A program made the position numbers and the translations under genes. The notes under the pieces are model-generated. The model was not told the DNA's origin, did not search any database, and saw only the letters and a list, made by a program, of their open reading frames with translations. Of a DNA stretch of 64,000 bases, positions 53,996 through 61,956 are shown piece by piece. Position 1 is the stretch's first letter; each line of letters opens with the position of its first letter. Origin of the DNA: Spirochaetales bacterium (GTDB lineage: Bacteria; Spirochaetota; Spirochaetia; Treponematales; UBA12059); assembly GCA_016928955.1 (NCBI GenBank), contig JAFGJV010000014.1:6014-70013 (forward strand), in the 5' to 3' direction.

Positions 53996-56900
53996 CTAGT
54001 ACCCCAGGGCTTTCAGGCGGTTGTCCAGTTCCACCACTTTCTGCACGCGGGAAGCCTGGGCGTAGGCCGACAGGAGGCGGGACAGCCTGGCCCGGGCTCC
54101 TATGTAGTCGGCGCGGGAGAAAGCGCTCTCCGCCTCCGCGTACAGGGCCTCAGCGGCGGCCGGCAGGACTATGGTCTGGGTGCCGCCGGTATAGAGCAGG
54201 ATGCGGTCCTTCAGCCTGGACGCGGTTTCATTGTTGGGATCCAGGACCAGGGCCCGCTCGAGCTGGGCCAGGGCCGTGGGAAAGCGGGAGCGGTCGCCGG
54301 AATCGTAAATGGCCTGGGCCGCCTGGGTGAGCTGTCTGGCCTCGGCCACGGCCTTGGGGTCAGGGGGCGGCAGCCGTATGCCTATGAGTATTTCCACCCG
54401 CTCTATGAGCTCGCGCAGCCCGGAATAGCGGGGATTGATCTCGTACAGGTCCTTGAGGTCGCTGTACACGGTGGCCAGGTCCTGCCTGGCGTCTACCTTG
54501 CGCCTGGCCTCGGCGACCATGTCCGCGAATTTCCTGTTGAACTGGTCGCTGTCAACCAGCTGGTCTATGCGCAAGTCGAGGACGCGGGCCGCCTGGTTGA
54601 GCGGGAACATCACCTTGACCTCCGCGATCTTTTCCCGGGCCTGGCCGAGCACTTCCAGGGCACTGCGCGTGTCGCGACTGGACATGAAGGCGGCCCCTTC
54701 CTCGAACAGGGATTTTGCCTGGGACAGAAGGAGGCTCATCTCCGGGTACAGGGGCGCGGTTACCGGTATGTCGCGGCCGGATTCCACCTGCAGCGCCGTC
54801 TGCACCAGCTTGAGCCAGTATTCCACTTCCGTTTCCGGCTTGTCGTTGGTGCGGCTCCAGGTGCTTCGGGCCTGGAGTAACGACGATTCTGCCCGGGCGA
54901 ACTGGCCCTGTAGGTACAGGGACTTGCCCTCGGTACGCAGCCTGGACGTTTCGGCTATCACCAGGTCGTTCTGGGCCTTGACTATGGCCGCGCCGAGCTC
55001 GGCCAGCAATTTGTCGCTGGACGCGCGCAATTCCGGGTTTTCCTCGTAGCCAAGCGATGCCACGTAGCGCTCGCTGGCCCTGTCCAGCCGTTCCCGGGCC
55101 GTCTCAAAGTTGGCCGCGCGGAGGGCGGATCGGACTTCATCCACGCGCCGCTGGGCTTCGTTGGCGGCCAGGTCAGCCAGGCGTTTCTGTTCCGATGCCC
55201 TGGCCAGGAGTCCCGCGTTCTCGGCGGTCCGCTCAGCCAGGGCCTGCGAGAGGGACGCGGCTTTTTCCACCCATTCCAGCACGGAAACCGAGCTGGCCAG
55301 GTAGGCCGGCAGCGCGCGGTAGGCGGCAAGATAGTCGGTCAACCGTTTGGACAAAGCCTTGAGGTCGCCGTCCACCTTGGTGAAGGACGCCAGGGCCTTG
55401 CCCGGGTACTTGAGAACTGCGTCAGGCAGGTTAGGATCCTCGGAGGGGAGGCCTTGGAGGAGGGTAGTGCCTTCGGCGACGAGGGTGGCCGTGCCTTCAA
55501 GATCGGCGGCCATGAGCCCGTATTCCCAGGCGGCTTGTTTGCCCACCAGGGATGTCTCGTCTGTCCGTGCCTGGTCTATGCCGGCCTGGACGCTGCCGTC
55601 CAGGGCGCCCTGCAGTTCCATGGCAGCGGACAGGCCATAGCCAAGGTTGACAAAGCGGGCCAGTTCCTGGGCCCTGTCTCCCGAGGCGGTCTGCAGGTCG
55701 CTTGCTTCCTGGATCAGGGCCAGGATGGCCGTCCTGCGCCTGACAAAGCCGTCCAGCCCTTCTGTTCGGGAATCGGCCGGCTGGTACGACTCGGCCAGGT
55801 CGGCTTCTTGGCTCAGGTCCAGCCTGAGGCCGGCAAGGGCCGACCAGGCGCGTGCGCTGTCGGCCGCGTGTAGGTATGACAGGTAGAACGCGCCCTGTTC
55901 GGCCAGCTTGGCCGTGCCGAAGTTGGTTTGCCTTTGGGCAAGGTCTGACGGCACGTAATGGGCCCACAATGCCTGCATGGGCACGGCGCGTTCGGCCAGG
56001 GCCGCAGCCTTGTCAAAGGCTGTGCCTGCTTCTTGCCATTGGCCCCCGGTGTAGGCCAGGCGCGCTGCCGCGAGAGCGTCCGTCAGGGCCCGGTCCACAG
56101 CATCCCGCGCTCTTTTCAGGGCTTGGTCCCAGTCTGCGTCCATGGCTCCGGCCACGCCCTCGGGCAGGGTCTCGCTGGAGCGGCCAAGCACCAGGCGGGA
56201 GGCAAAGGGAAGGTACGAGTTGTCCGTGGCCGTGGCCTGTTCGCTCTTGAACTGTGCGAAATTGGCTTCCAGGGCACGGCCGGCGTCAACTACCAGGCGG
56301 CGTACCTTGGAGTGTTCGGCGGCCGCCAGGCGCTCGGTTTCCATGGCCGCGGCCAGGGCTTGTCCGGCGGCGGCTTCCCGGGAGGCTGGCGCCCGGGCGT
56401 AGTCCTCATAGGCTGCCGCCAGGGCGCGCGACGCGTCCCGGAGCCTGGATCCCACCTCGGCGTAGTACGCTATGGCCGAATTGACCTCTTCCGTGGTGGC
56501 TATGCTCGAGTCTATCAGTTCTTGGCTGACACCCGAGTCCAGGAAACGCTGGCGGTACAGGGTAAACCCCGACGCGTACAGGTTCATGGCCTGGGCATAG
56601 GAGCCCTGGTTTATCAGCTCCCTGCCCCTGGCCATGATGGACTCAAAGGTGTCGCGGTTGGTCGTGAATTCGGCGTATTCGTAGGTTTTGGCTATGAAAT
56701 CGCGCATCGTCTCGTTGGACGGGTCCTCTATGCCGGTCATGTCCTCGATAATCGCCTTGATCTCGTCGTCGCTTATGCCCGGACGGAACAGCTCCAGGGC
56801 TTTTTCGTTCCACTCGGCGCGCAGTTTGGCGATTTTCTGGAGTTTTTTCTGGCCTTCCTCAAAGCGCTCCGGGTATTGTTTCATGAAATCGGCCAGGTAC

Positions 56901-57040
56901 AGGATGGCCTGGTCGTATTCCTGGGCGGCTATCAGGCGGTCCGCCTCTATCAGCGGATCTTCCTTGCCGCCAAGGGCGTGGGCCGACAGGCCGGACATGA
57001 GGATGCTGAGGATGATCAAGGCCACATAACGGACGCGCAT
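53996..57040 (-). CDS. 1014-aa exported TPR/helical-repeat protein, first gene of the operon
   Basis: The signal/anchor sequence is MRVRYVALIILSILMSGLSAHA. The protein is A/L/E/R-rich with helical repeats, and TPR-like segments lie at both ends. The stop lies 4 nt before the start of the giant gene. Confidence 0.8.
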   Translation of the reverse strand: MRVRYVALIILSILMSGLSAHALGGKEDPLIEADRLIAAQEYDQAILYLADFMKQYPERFEEGQKKLQKIAKLRAEWNEKALELFRPGISDDEIKAIIEDMTGIEDPSNETMRDFIAKTYEYAEFTTNRDTFESIMARGRELINQGSYAQAMNLYASGFTLYRQRFLDSGVSQELIDSSIATTEEVNSAIAYYAEVGSRLRDASRALAAAYEDYARAPASREAAAGQALAAAMETERLAAAEHSKVRRLVVDAGRALEANFAQFKSEQATATDNSYLPFASRLVLGRSSETLPEGVAGAMDADWDQALKRARDAVDRALTDALAAARLAYTGGQWQEAGTAFDKAAALAERAVPMQALWAHYVPSDLAQRQTNFGTAKLAEQGAFYLSYLHAADSARAWSALAGLRLDLSQEADLAESYQPADSRTEGLDGFVRRRTAILALIQEASDLQTASGDRAQELARFVNLGYGLSAAMELQGALDGSVQAGIDQARTDETSLVGKQAAWEYGLMAADLEGTATLVAEGTTLLQGLPSEDPNLPDAVLKYPGKALASFTKVDGDLKALSKRLTDYLAAYRALPAYLASSVSVLEWVEKAASLSQALAERTAENAGLLARASEQKRLADLAANEAQRRVDEVRSALRAANFETARERLDRASERYVASLGYEENPELRASSDKLLAELGAAIVKAQNDLVIAETSRLRTEGKSLYLQGQFARAESSLLQARSTWSRTNDKPETEVEYWLKLVQTALQVESGRDIPVTAPLYPEMSLLLSQAKSLFEEGAAFMSSRDTRSALEVLGQAREKIAEVKVMFPLNQAARVLDLRIDQLVDSDQFNRKFADMVAEARRKVDARQDLATVYSDLKDLYEINPRYSGLRELIERVEILIGIRLPPPDPKAVAEARQLTQAAQAIYDSGDRSRFPTALAQLERALVLDPNNETASRLKDRILLYTGGTQTIVLPAAAEALYAEAESAFSRADYIGARARLSRLLSAYAQASRVQKVVELDNRLKALGY

Positions 57041-57076
57041 GATTGTGGAAGCCCCTGCCTCCCCTCCCTGTCTTGA

Positions 57077-57229
57077 GGGAACCTCTAAAAACCCTATGGT
57101 TATGAGAGGTTCCCCGCGTTTTCGGCAGAAAACGCTGGTTTTTTAAGGTAACCCTCCAAAAACTGAAGTTTTCAGAGGCTACCTTGAGCTTTAAGAGGCC
57201 GTTGAAAAGCATCGAGTTTTTCAACAGCC
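57077..57229. repeat. Low-GC four-hairpin intergenic repeat; this is the most complete copy of the family
   Basis: Hairpin 1: 57077-57086/57105-57114 (10 bp). Hairpin 2: 57116-57123/57128-57135 (8 bp). Hairpin 3: 57147-57183 (imperfect). Hairpin 4: 57197-57229 (GTTGAAAA/TTTTCAAC core). The block is homologous to 59350-59454. Confidence 0.65.
57116..57144 (+). terminator. Orphan intrinsic-terminator-like element inside the repeat
   Basis: GCGTTTTC, loop GGCA, GAAAACGC, then TGG and TTTTTT (57139-57144). No plus-strand gene lies upstream of it. Confidence 0.45.
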
Positions 57230-57379
57230 TGTTAAGGAGCCACCCGCCCCCGGATACGCGACGCTTCCCCGCTACTATTGTCGGCGCGTACCGGATTGGC
57301 CTCCAGCCGGATCGTCACGGGACCCTTCAGGTCTCCTCTATAGAAATTACGCCATTCTCACGCTATATTCCATGTTAGG

Positions 57380-58645
57380 ATGAAGCGCGGTACCGGCCTT
57401 GTTTGCACACTATGCCTCGCCTTAGGGACCGCTGCGTACGCCCAGCAGGCCCTGCCATCGGCCTATGAGCTCATCTTTGGCCTGTTTTCCCCCAACCCGG
57501 ACCCCAATGAGGGCCTTACGACCTTCCTTTCAACCCTGGTACCCATGGGCGGAACCGCGGAGAGCATGGGCATGGCCTATACGGCCGTGGCGTCGGACGC
57601 GTCGTTTTTGGAGATCAACCCGGCCGGCAGCGCCCTCCTTGAGCGCACGGAACTGGCCCTCTACCACAACAACTGGATAGCGGATACCCGCATAGAGGGC
57701 GCCGTATACGCCGTCCGCTTTGGCACACTGGGTCTGGCCGCCGGAGGCAAATGGCTGTATTTGCCCTTTACTGAGCGGGACGACTTTGGCCAGAGGGTGA
57801 GCGGCGGCTACTATTCCGAAGCCCTGGCCATAGGCAACGTTTCCCTCCACTTGTTTCCCGGCTACTATTTCTACGGCATTTCCCTGGGCGCCAATATCAA
57901 GCTGGCGTACCGCTCCTTCCCGGATTATAGCGACAACGAAGGCACCGTCATACCCGGCTCCGGGGCTAGCCAGTCGGCCGCGGCCATCATGGCCGACTTT
58001 GGCGCTATTACCCGCTTTGACCTGTTCAAGCTGTATTCGTCCAGGACAAAGAACATGTCCCTGGGCCTGGCCGTGAAGAACGTCGGCCTTCCCGTCCAGG
58101 GCGACCCTTTGCCCACGGTGGCCACCGTGGGCATGGCCTACAGCTTTTTCCGGCCCATACTGATATCCGCCGACCTGAGCTTTCCCATCAACCTGGTAGA
58201 CCCGTCCTTGAGCGAGCGGCCGTACTGGGGCATAGGCTACCGCATGACCATTACCGATTTCTGGTCGCTACGAGCCGGTTTCCTGGTGAAAGGCGGCAAT
58301 CCGCGGCTCAGCGTGGGGGCCTCCATAGCCCTGTCGCCCATGACGTTGGAGGTCAACTACACCCTTGACCTCATCACCCAGTTCACGCCGCTCAACCGCA
58401 TCAGCATAGAGGCCCGCTTTGACATGGGCGACATGGGCAGGGCGTCCAAGGCGGCCACCGTTGACTCACTCTACATAGCGGGCCTGGAGGCGTACGCCGC
58501 CGGAGACCTGGAAAAGGCTGTGGAATACTGGGACAAGGCCCTGGCCCTGGATCCGTACTTTGATCCCGCCAGGGAAGCCCGGGACAACGCCGTTGCGGCC
58601 CTGGAGATGATCAAGCGCATACAGGAATTGCAGACACTGGACTGA
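57380..58645 (+). CDS. FadL/UPF0164-like outer-membrane beta-barrel protein with a C-terminal TPR extension
   Basis: A signal peptide is present. The hatch-type motif is ASDASFLEINPAGSALL (NPA). Beta-strand periodicity runs for about 340 aa. The helical tail ...LYIAGLEAYAAGDLEKAVEYWDKALALDPYFDPAREARDNA... is TPR-like. Confidence 0.7.
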   Translation: MKRGTGLVCTLCLALGTAAYAQQALPSAYELIFGLFSPNPDPNEGLTTFLSTLVPMGGTAESMGMAYTAVASDASFLEINPAGSALLERTELALYHNNWIADTRIEGAVYAVRFGTLGLAAGGKWLYLPFTERDDFGQRVSGGYYSEALAIGNVSLHLFPGYYFYGISLGANIKLAYRSFPDYSDNEGTVIPGSGASQSAAAIMADFGAITRFDLFKLYSSRTKNMSLGLAVKNVGLPVQGDPLPTVATVGMAYSFFRPILISADLSFPINLVDPSLSERPYWGIGYRMTITDFWSLRAGFLVKGGNPRLSVGASIALSPMTLEVNYTLDLITQFTPLNRISIEARFDMGDMGRASKAATVDSLYIAGLEAYAAGDLEKAVEYWDKALALDPYFDPAREARDNAVAALEMIKRIQELQTLD

Positions 58646-58733
58646 ACGTGTACAGTGGACCTCAGACACGCGATGGTGCCAAAGATAACGCCCAGGCGCT
58701 TTCTTAGGCATTCCGCCACCTTTGGAGAGCCGA

Positions 58734-59324
58734 ATGGGCGTACTTGGAAGCGTTTTTTTCATCTTGTCCATGCTGGTTTCCGTGTATTCTCTGCTGTGCG
58801 TTGCCAGGATCGTGCTCAGCTGGTTTCCGGAAGGCATGCACGGACGCGTGGGTTCCCTGCTGGTAAGCGTCACCGAGCCCTGGATGGCCCCGTTCAGGCG
58901 CCTCCGATTCTTGAGGGGCGGCGGCATGGACTTTTCGCCAATAGCGGCCCTTACTGTCCTGGCCGTGCTTGCCCGGGCTTTCTCCCTGGCGGCGGTCAGG
59001 GCCCTGACCTTCAAACTGGCCATCGGCCTGGTCGTGCTGAGCGCCTGGACCATCGTGTCGTTCTTGCTCACCTTTATGGCGGTTTTGGTGGCCATCCGCT
59101 TGGTCGCCTACCTGGCCAGGTGGAACAGCCTGCACCCGGCATGGCGGGTGGTTGACGCCATCATCAATCCCGTGCTGTTCGAGATCAAACGCTTTCTGTT
59201 CAGGAAACGCATTGTGGGCTACGCGCAGGGCCTTGTGGTGGGTCTTGCGGTGCTGGCCGGGGGCTGGCTTGCCCTGCGCTATCTTTTCGGGCTCCTGCTC
59301 GGATTGTTCGGCCTGAGAATATGA
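58734..59324 (+). CDS. YggT-family membrane protein (duplicated)
   Basis: ATG 58734 lies 6 nt after GGAG. The segment ...LLCVARIVLSWFP... is a YggT signature, and a second repeat ...VVDAIINPVLFEIKRFL... follows. TTG 58722 in the ORF track is less likely to be the start. Confidence 0.75.
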   Translation: MGVLGSVFFILSMLVSVYSLLCVARIVLSWFPEGMHGRVGSLLVSVTEPWMAPFRRLRFLRGGGMDFSPIAALTVLAVLARAFSLAAVRALTFKLAIGLVVLSAWTIVSFLLTFMAVLVAIRLVAYLARWNSLHPAWRVVDAIINPVLFEIKRFLFRKRIVGYAQGLVVGLAVLAGGWLALRYLFGLLLGLFGLRI

Positions 59325-59349
59325 TATGGGCAGCCCGAGTCAGTATTCT

Positions 59350-59454
59350 GGGGACCCCCAAAACCTCCAGGGGTGGGAGAGGTTCCCAGCATTCTTGGCC
59401 GGGAACGCTCGGTTTAAGGTAGCCTTCTAAAAACTGATGTTTTTAGGAAGAGCC
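59350..59454. repeat. Second copy of the multi-hairpin intergenic repeat (three hairpins)
   Basis: It shares GAGAGGTTCCC, AACGCT, TTTAAGGTA and AAAAACTGA-GTTTT in the same order as 57104-57180. The hairpins are 59350-59356/59381-59387, 59388-59394/59403-59409 and 59424-59450. Confidence 0.65.
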
Positions 59455-59490
59455 GTGTGATGTATTCAGAAGAACTTTTGGAGAACGCGC

Positions 59491-59784
59491 ATGCTGAATT
59501 CCAAACAGCGGGCCAGGCTAGCGTCCCTGGCCGCCACGCTGGACCCTGTAGTCCGCCTGGGCAAGGCCGGGGCCGACGACGGAGTGGCCGCAACCCTGGA
59601 CAAGGCCCTGGCCGACCATGAGCTGGTCAAACTGCGCTTTGTCGATTTCAAGGACGACCGCAAGGAGCTGTCCCGTGCCCTGGCCGAGCGTTGCGCGGCC
59701 GAGCTGGTGCGCGTGATAGGCAACGTGGCCGTCTTTTACCGCCAGTCCCCGGATCCGGACAAACGCACGATAGCCCTGGACTGA
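59491..59784 (+). CDS. yhbY: YhbY/CRM-domain RNA-binding protein
   Basis: MLNSKQRARLASLAATLDPVVRLGKAGADDGVAATLDKALADHELVKLRF... is typical of YhbY. The ORF is 97 aa. Confidence 0.85.
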   Translation: MLNSKQRARLASLAATLDPVVRLGKAGADDGVAATLDKALADHELVKLRFVDFKDDRKELSRALAERCAAELVRVIGNVAVFYRQSPDPDKRTIALD

Positions 59785-59815
59785 CAGGCTGTTGACGACC
59801 CGCCAAGGCTCCGCG

Positions 59816-61843
59816 TCAGCGCTTTTGCTCGAAGTGGCTGAATTCCATTGAGAACGAGGCCCGGCCCTGGCTGGCCGAGCGCAGGGCGGTGGAAAAGCCG
59901 AACATGACGGCCAGCGGCGCCTCGGCGTGGATCAGGTCCATGGAAGGCCGCGACTCCGAGCCGTGTATGATGCCGCCGCGCTGGGACAGAAGGCTCATGA
60001 CGTCGCCCAGGTAGTCCTTGGGGGACATGATGTCCACCTTCATGACCGGTTCCAGGAGCACGGGGCCGGCCTTCCTGCACGCCTCGTCAAAGCCCATGGC
60101 CGCGCAGGCCTCAAAGGCAAAGGGCGTGCCGGTGAGCTCGTTCCAGTCTATGGCGACCAGGCTGACGCCTATGTCCACGCAGGGATAGCCCAGCACGATG
60201 CCGCCCTGGAAGGCCCGCTCCACCGAGCGCTCCACGGCCTCGAATATCTCGTCAGGCACATGATGGTCGCGGACGACGCGCTCGTAGCGGTTGCCCGAGC
60301 CGCGCTCAAGGGGCCGGACCGCCAGCGTTACGCCGGCGGCCACGTCTTTGCCGGCCAGCGTGCGCTCGTAGCGCTGGCTGTGCTCGAGCGTCGCGCTTAC
60401 GGATTCGCGGTACGACACCTGCGGGTTGCCTACCTTGGCGCCGACCTTGAAGTCGCGGAGCACCCTGGTTACCAGCACGTCCAGATGGAGCTCGCCCATG
60501 CCGCGGATGATCAGCTGGCCGGTTTCATCGTTCTCGCCGGTCTGGAAGGTGGGGTCCTCGCGCGACAGGATGTCCAGCGTCTCCTTGAGCTTGTCGCGGT
60601 CTGACATGGTTTTGGGCTCTATGGCCACCGATATGACCGGTTCCGGGAAATGCATGCGTTCCAGCAGGACGGGCTTGCCCTCGGAGCCGATGGTGTCGCC
60701 CGTTTGGGCAAGCTTCATGCCCACGAACACGGCTATGTCGCCCGCGGCCACCTCGTCCACGGCCTCAGAGCGGTTGGCGTGCATCCTGAGGACGCGCGTT
60801 ACCCGCTCGCGTTTCTTCTTGTTGACGTTGTATACGGTGCCGGCGGTCTTGATGGACCCCGAATACATGCGCACGTAGCACAGGGGGCCAGCTTCCCGGT
60901 CGTACTGGACCTTGAACACAAGGCCCAGGGGATAGCCGGCGGGGTCGCAGGGTACGGGAAGGTCTTCTTCACGTTTGGGATCGTGGGCCTGGGCGGGCGG
61001 AACCTCGTGGGGGGCAGGCAAATAGTCGACTATGGCGTCCAGCAGGGGTTGAACGCCCATGTTGCGCCTGGAAGCCCCGCAAAACACGGGCACGGCTTGC
61101 CTGGACAGGGTCTGCTTGCGGAGGGTGGCCCGTATCAGGTCCAGGGGTATGGTCTCGCCCGCGAGGTAGAGCTCGGTGATCTCGTCCGAGTGGGCGGACA
61201 GGGCGTCCAGCATCCGGTCGCGCCATGCTTCCGCGTCGGCCAAACGCGAGGCGTCCACGGGGGACCGGAGCGGCGGTTTGCTGGCGTCGTCCTGGTCAAA
61301 ACGGACTTCTTCCATGCTGGCCAGGTCTATGCAGCCCTCGAATGAGCTTTCCTTGCCGATGGGTATCTGGGCGGCCACCGGGTTGGCGGCGAATTTCTCT
61401 CGAATTTCGTCCAGTACGGCGTAAAAATCCGCGCCAAGGCGGTCCATTTTGTTGACGTAGGCTATGCGCGGAACGTGGTAGTGGTCTGCCTGGTGCCAGA
61501 CGGTTTCGCTCTGTGGTTCAACGCCGCCCACGGCGCAAAATACGGCCACGGCGCCGTCCAGCACGCGCAGGGAGCGCTCGACCTCGGCCGTGAAGTCCAC
61601 GTGACCGGGCGTGTCGATGATGTTGATCTGGTGGTCGCGCCAGAACGTGGTGGTGGCCGCGCTCTGGATGGTGATGCCGCGTTCCTGCTCCTGCTCCATC
61701 CAGTCCATGACGGCCTCTCCGTCGTCTACCTCGCCCAGCTTGTAGGTCTTGCCGGAATAGAAGAGGATGCGTTCAGTGGTGGTTGTCTTGCCGGCGTCGA
61801 TGTGGGCCATGATGCCGATGTTGCGCATACGTTCGAGGTTCAT
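59816..61843 (-). CDS. fusA: Elongation factor G, stand-alone paralog (675 aa, not in an rpsL-rpsG-fusA-tuf context)
   Basis: The G motifs [17 protein letters not shown] and NKMD are present, and domains II-V are recognisable. Confidence 0.95.
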   Translation of the reverse strand: MNLERMRNIGIMAHIDAGKTTTTERILFYSGKTYKLGEVDDGEAVMDWMEQEQERGITIQSAATTTFWRDHQINIIDTPGHVDFTAEVERSLRVLDGAVAVFCAVGGVEPQSETVWHQADHYHVPRIAYVNKMDRLGADFYAVLDEIREKFAANPVAAQIPIGKESSFEGCIDLASMEEVRFDQDDASKPPLRSPVDASRLADAEAWRDRMLDALSAHSDEITELYLAGETIPLDLIRATLRKQTLSRQAVPVFCGASRRNMGVQPLLDAIVDYLPAPHEVPPAQAHDPKREEDLPVPCDPAGYPLGLVFKVQYDREAGPLCYVRMYSGSIKTAGTVYNVNKKKRERVTRVLRMHANRSEAVDEVAAGDIAVFVGMKLAQTGDTIGSEGKPVLLERMHFPEPVISVAIEPKTMSDRDKLKETLDILSREDPTFQTGENDETGQLIIRGMGELHLDVLVTRVLRDFKVGAKVGNPQVSYRESVSATLEHSQRYERTLAGKDVAAGVTLAVRPLERGSGNRYERVVRDHHVPDEIFEAVERSVERAFQGGIVLGYPCVDIGVSLVAIDWNELTGTPFAFEACAAMGFDEACRKAGPVLLEPVMKVDIMSPKDYLGDVMSLLSQRGGIIHGSESRPSMDLIHAEAPLAVMFGFSTALRSASQGRASFSMEFSHFEQKR

Positions 61844-61862
61844 GGGCTGCTCCGGAGGCCAC

Positions 61863-61890
61863 TATATACGGAAAAGCGATGAGTTTTCAA
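61863..61890 (-). promoter_or_regulatory. Candidate sigma70-type promoter for the EF-G paralog
   Basis: On the minus strand the sequence reads TTGAAA (61890-61885), a 16-nt spacer, then TATATA (61868-61863). It lies about 20 nt upstream of the ATG. Confidence 0.45.
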
Positions 61891-61956
61891 GCAGAACGCA
61901 GGCTATGCTTGCCAGCCCGGGTCCCGTAAAACAGGAGGAACCCGGACCGGCTTAGG

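Noticed and set aside
57184-57378. 64-aa plus-strand ORF inside and after the hairpin repeat
   Set aside because: It has a non-ATG start and no RBS. It runs through palindromic repeat sequence, so it is unlikely to be coding.
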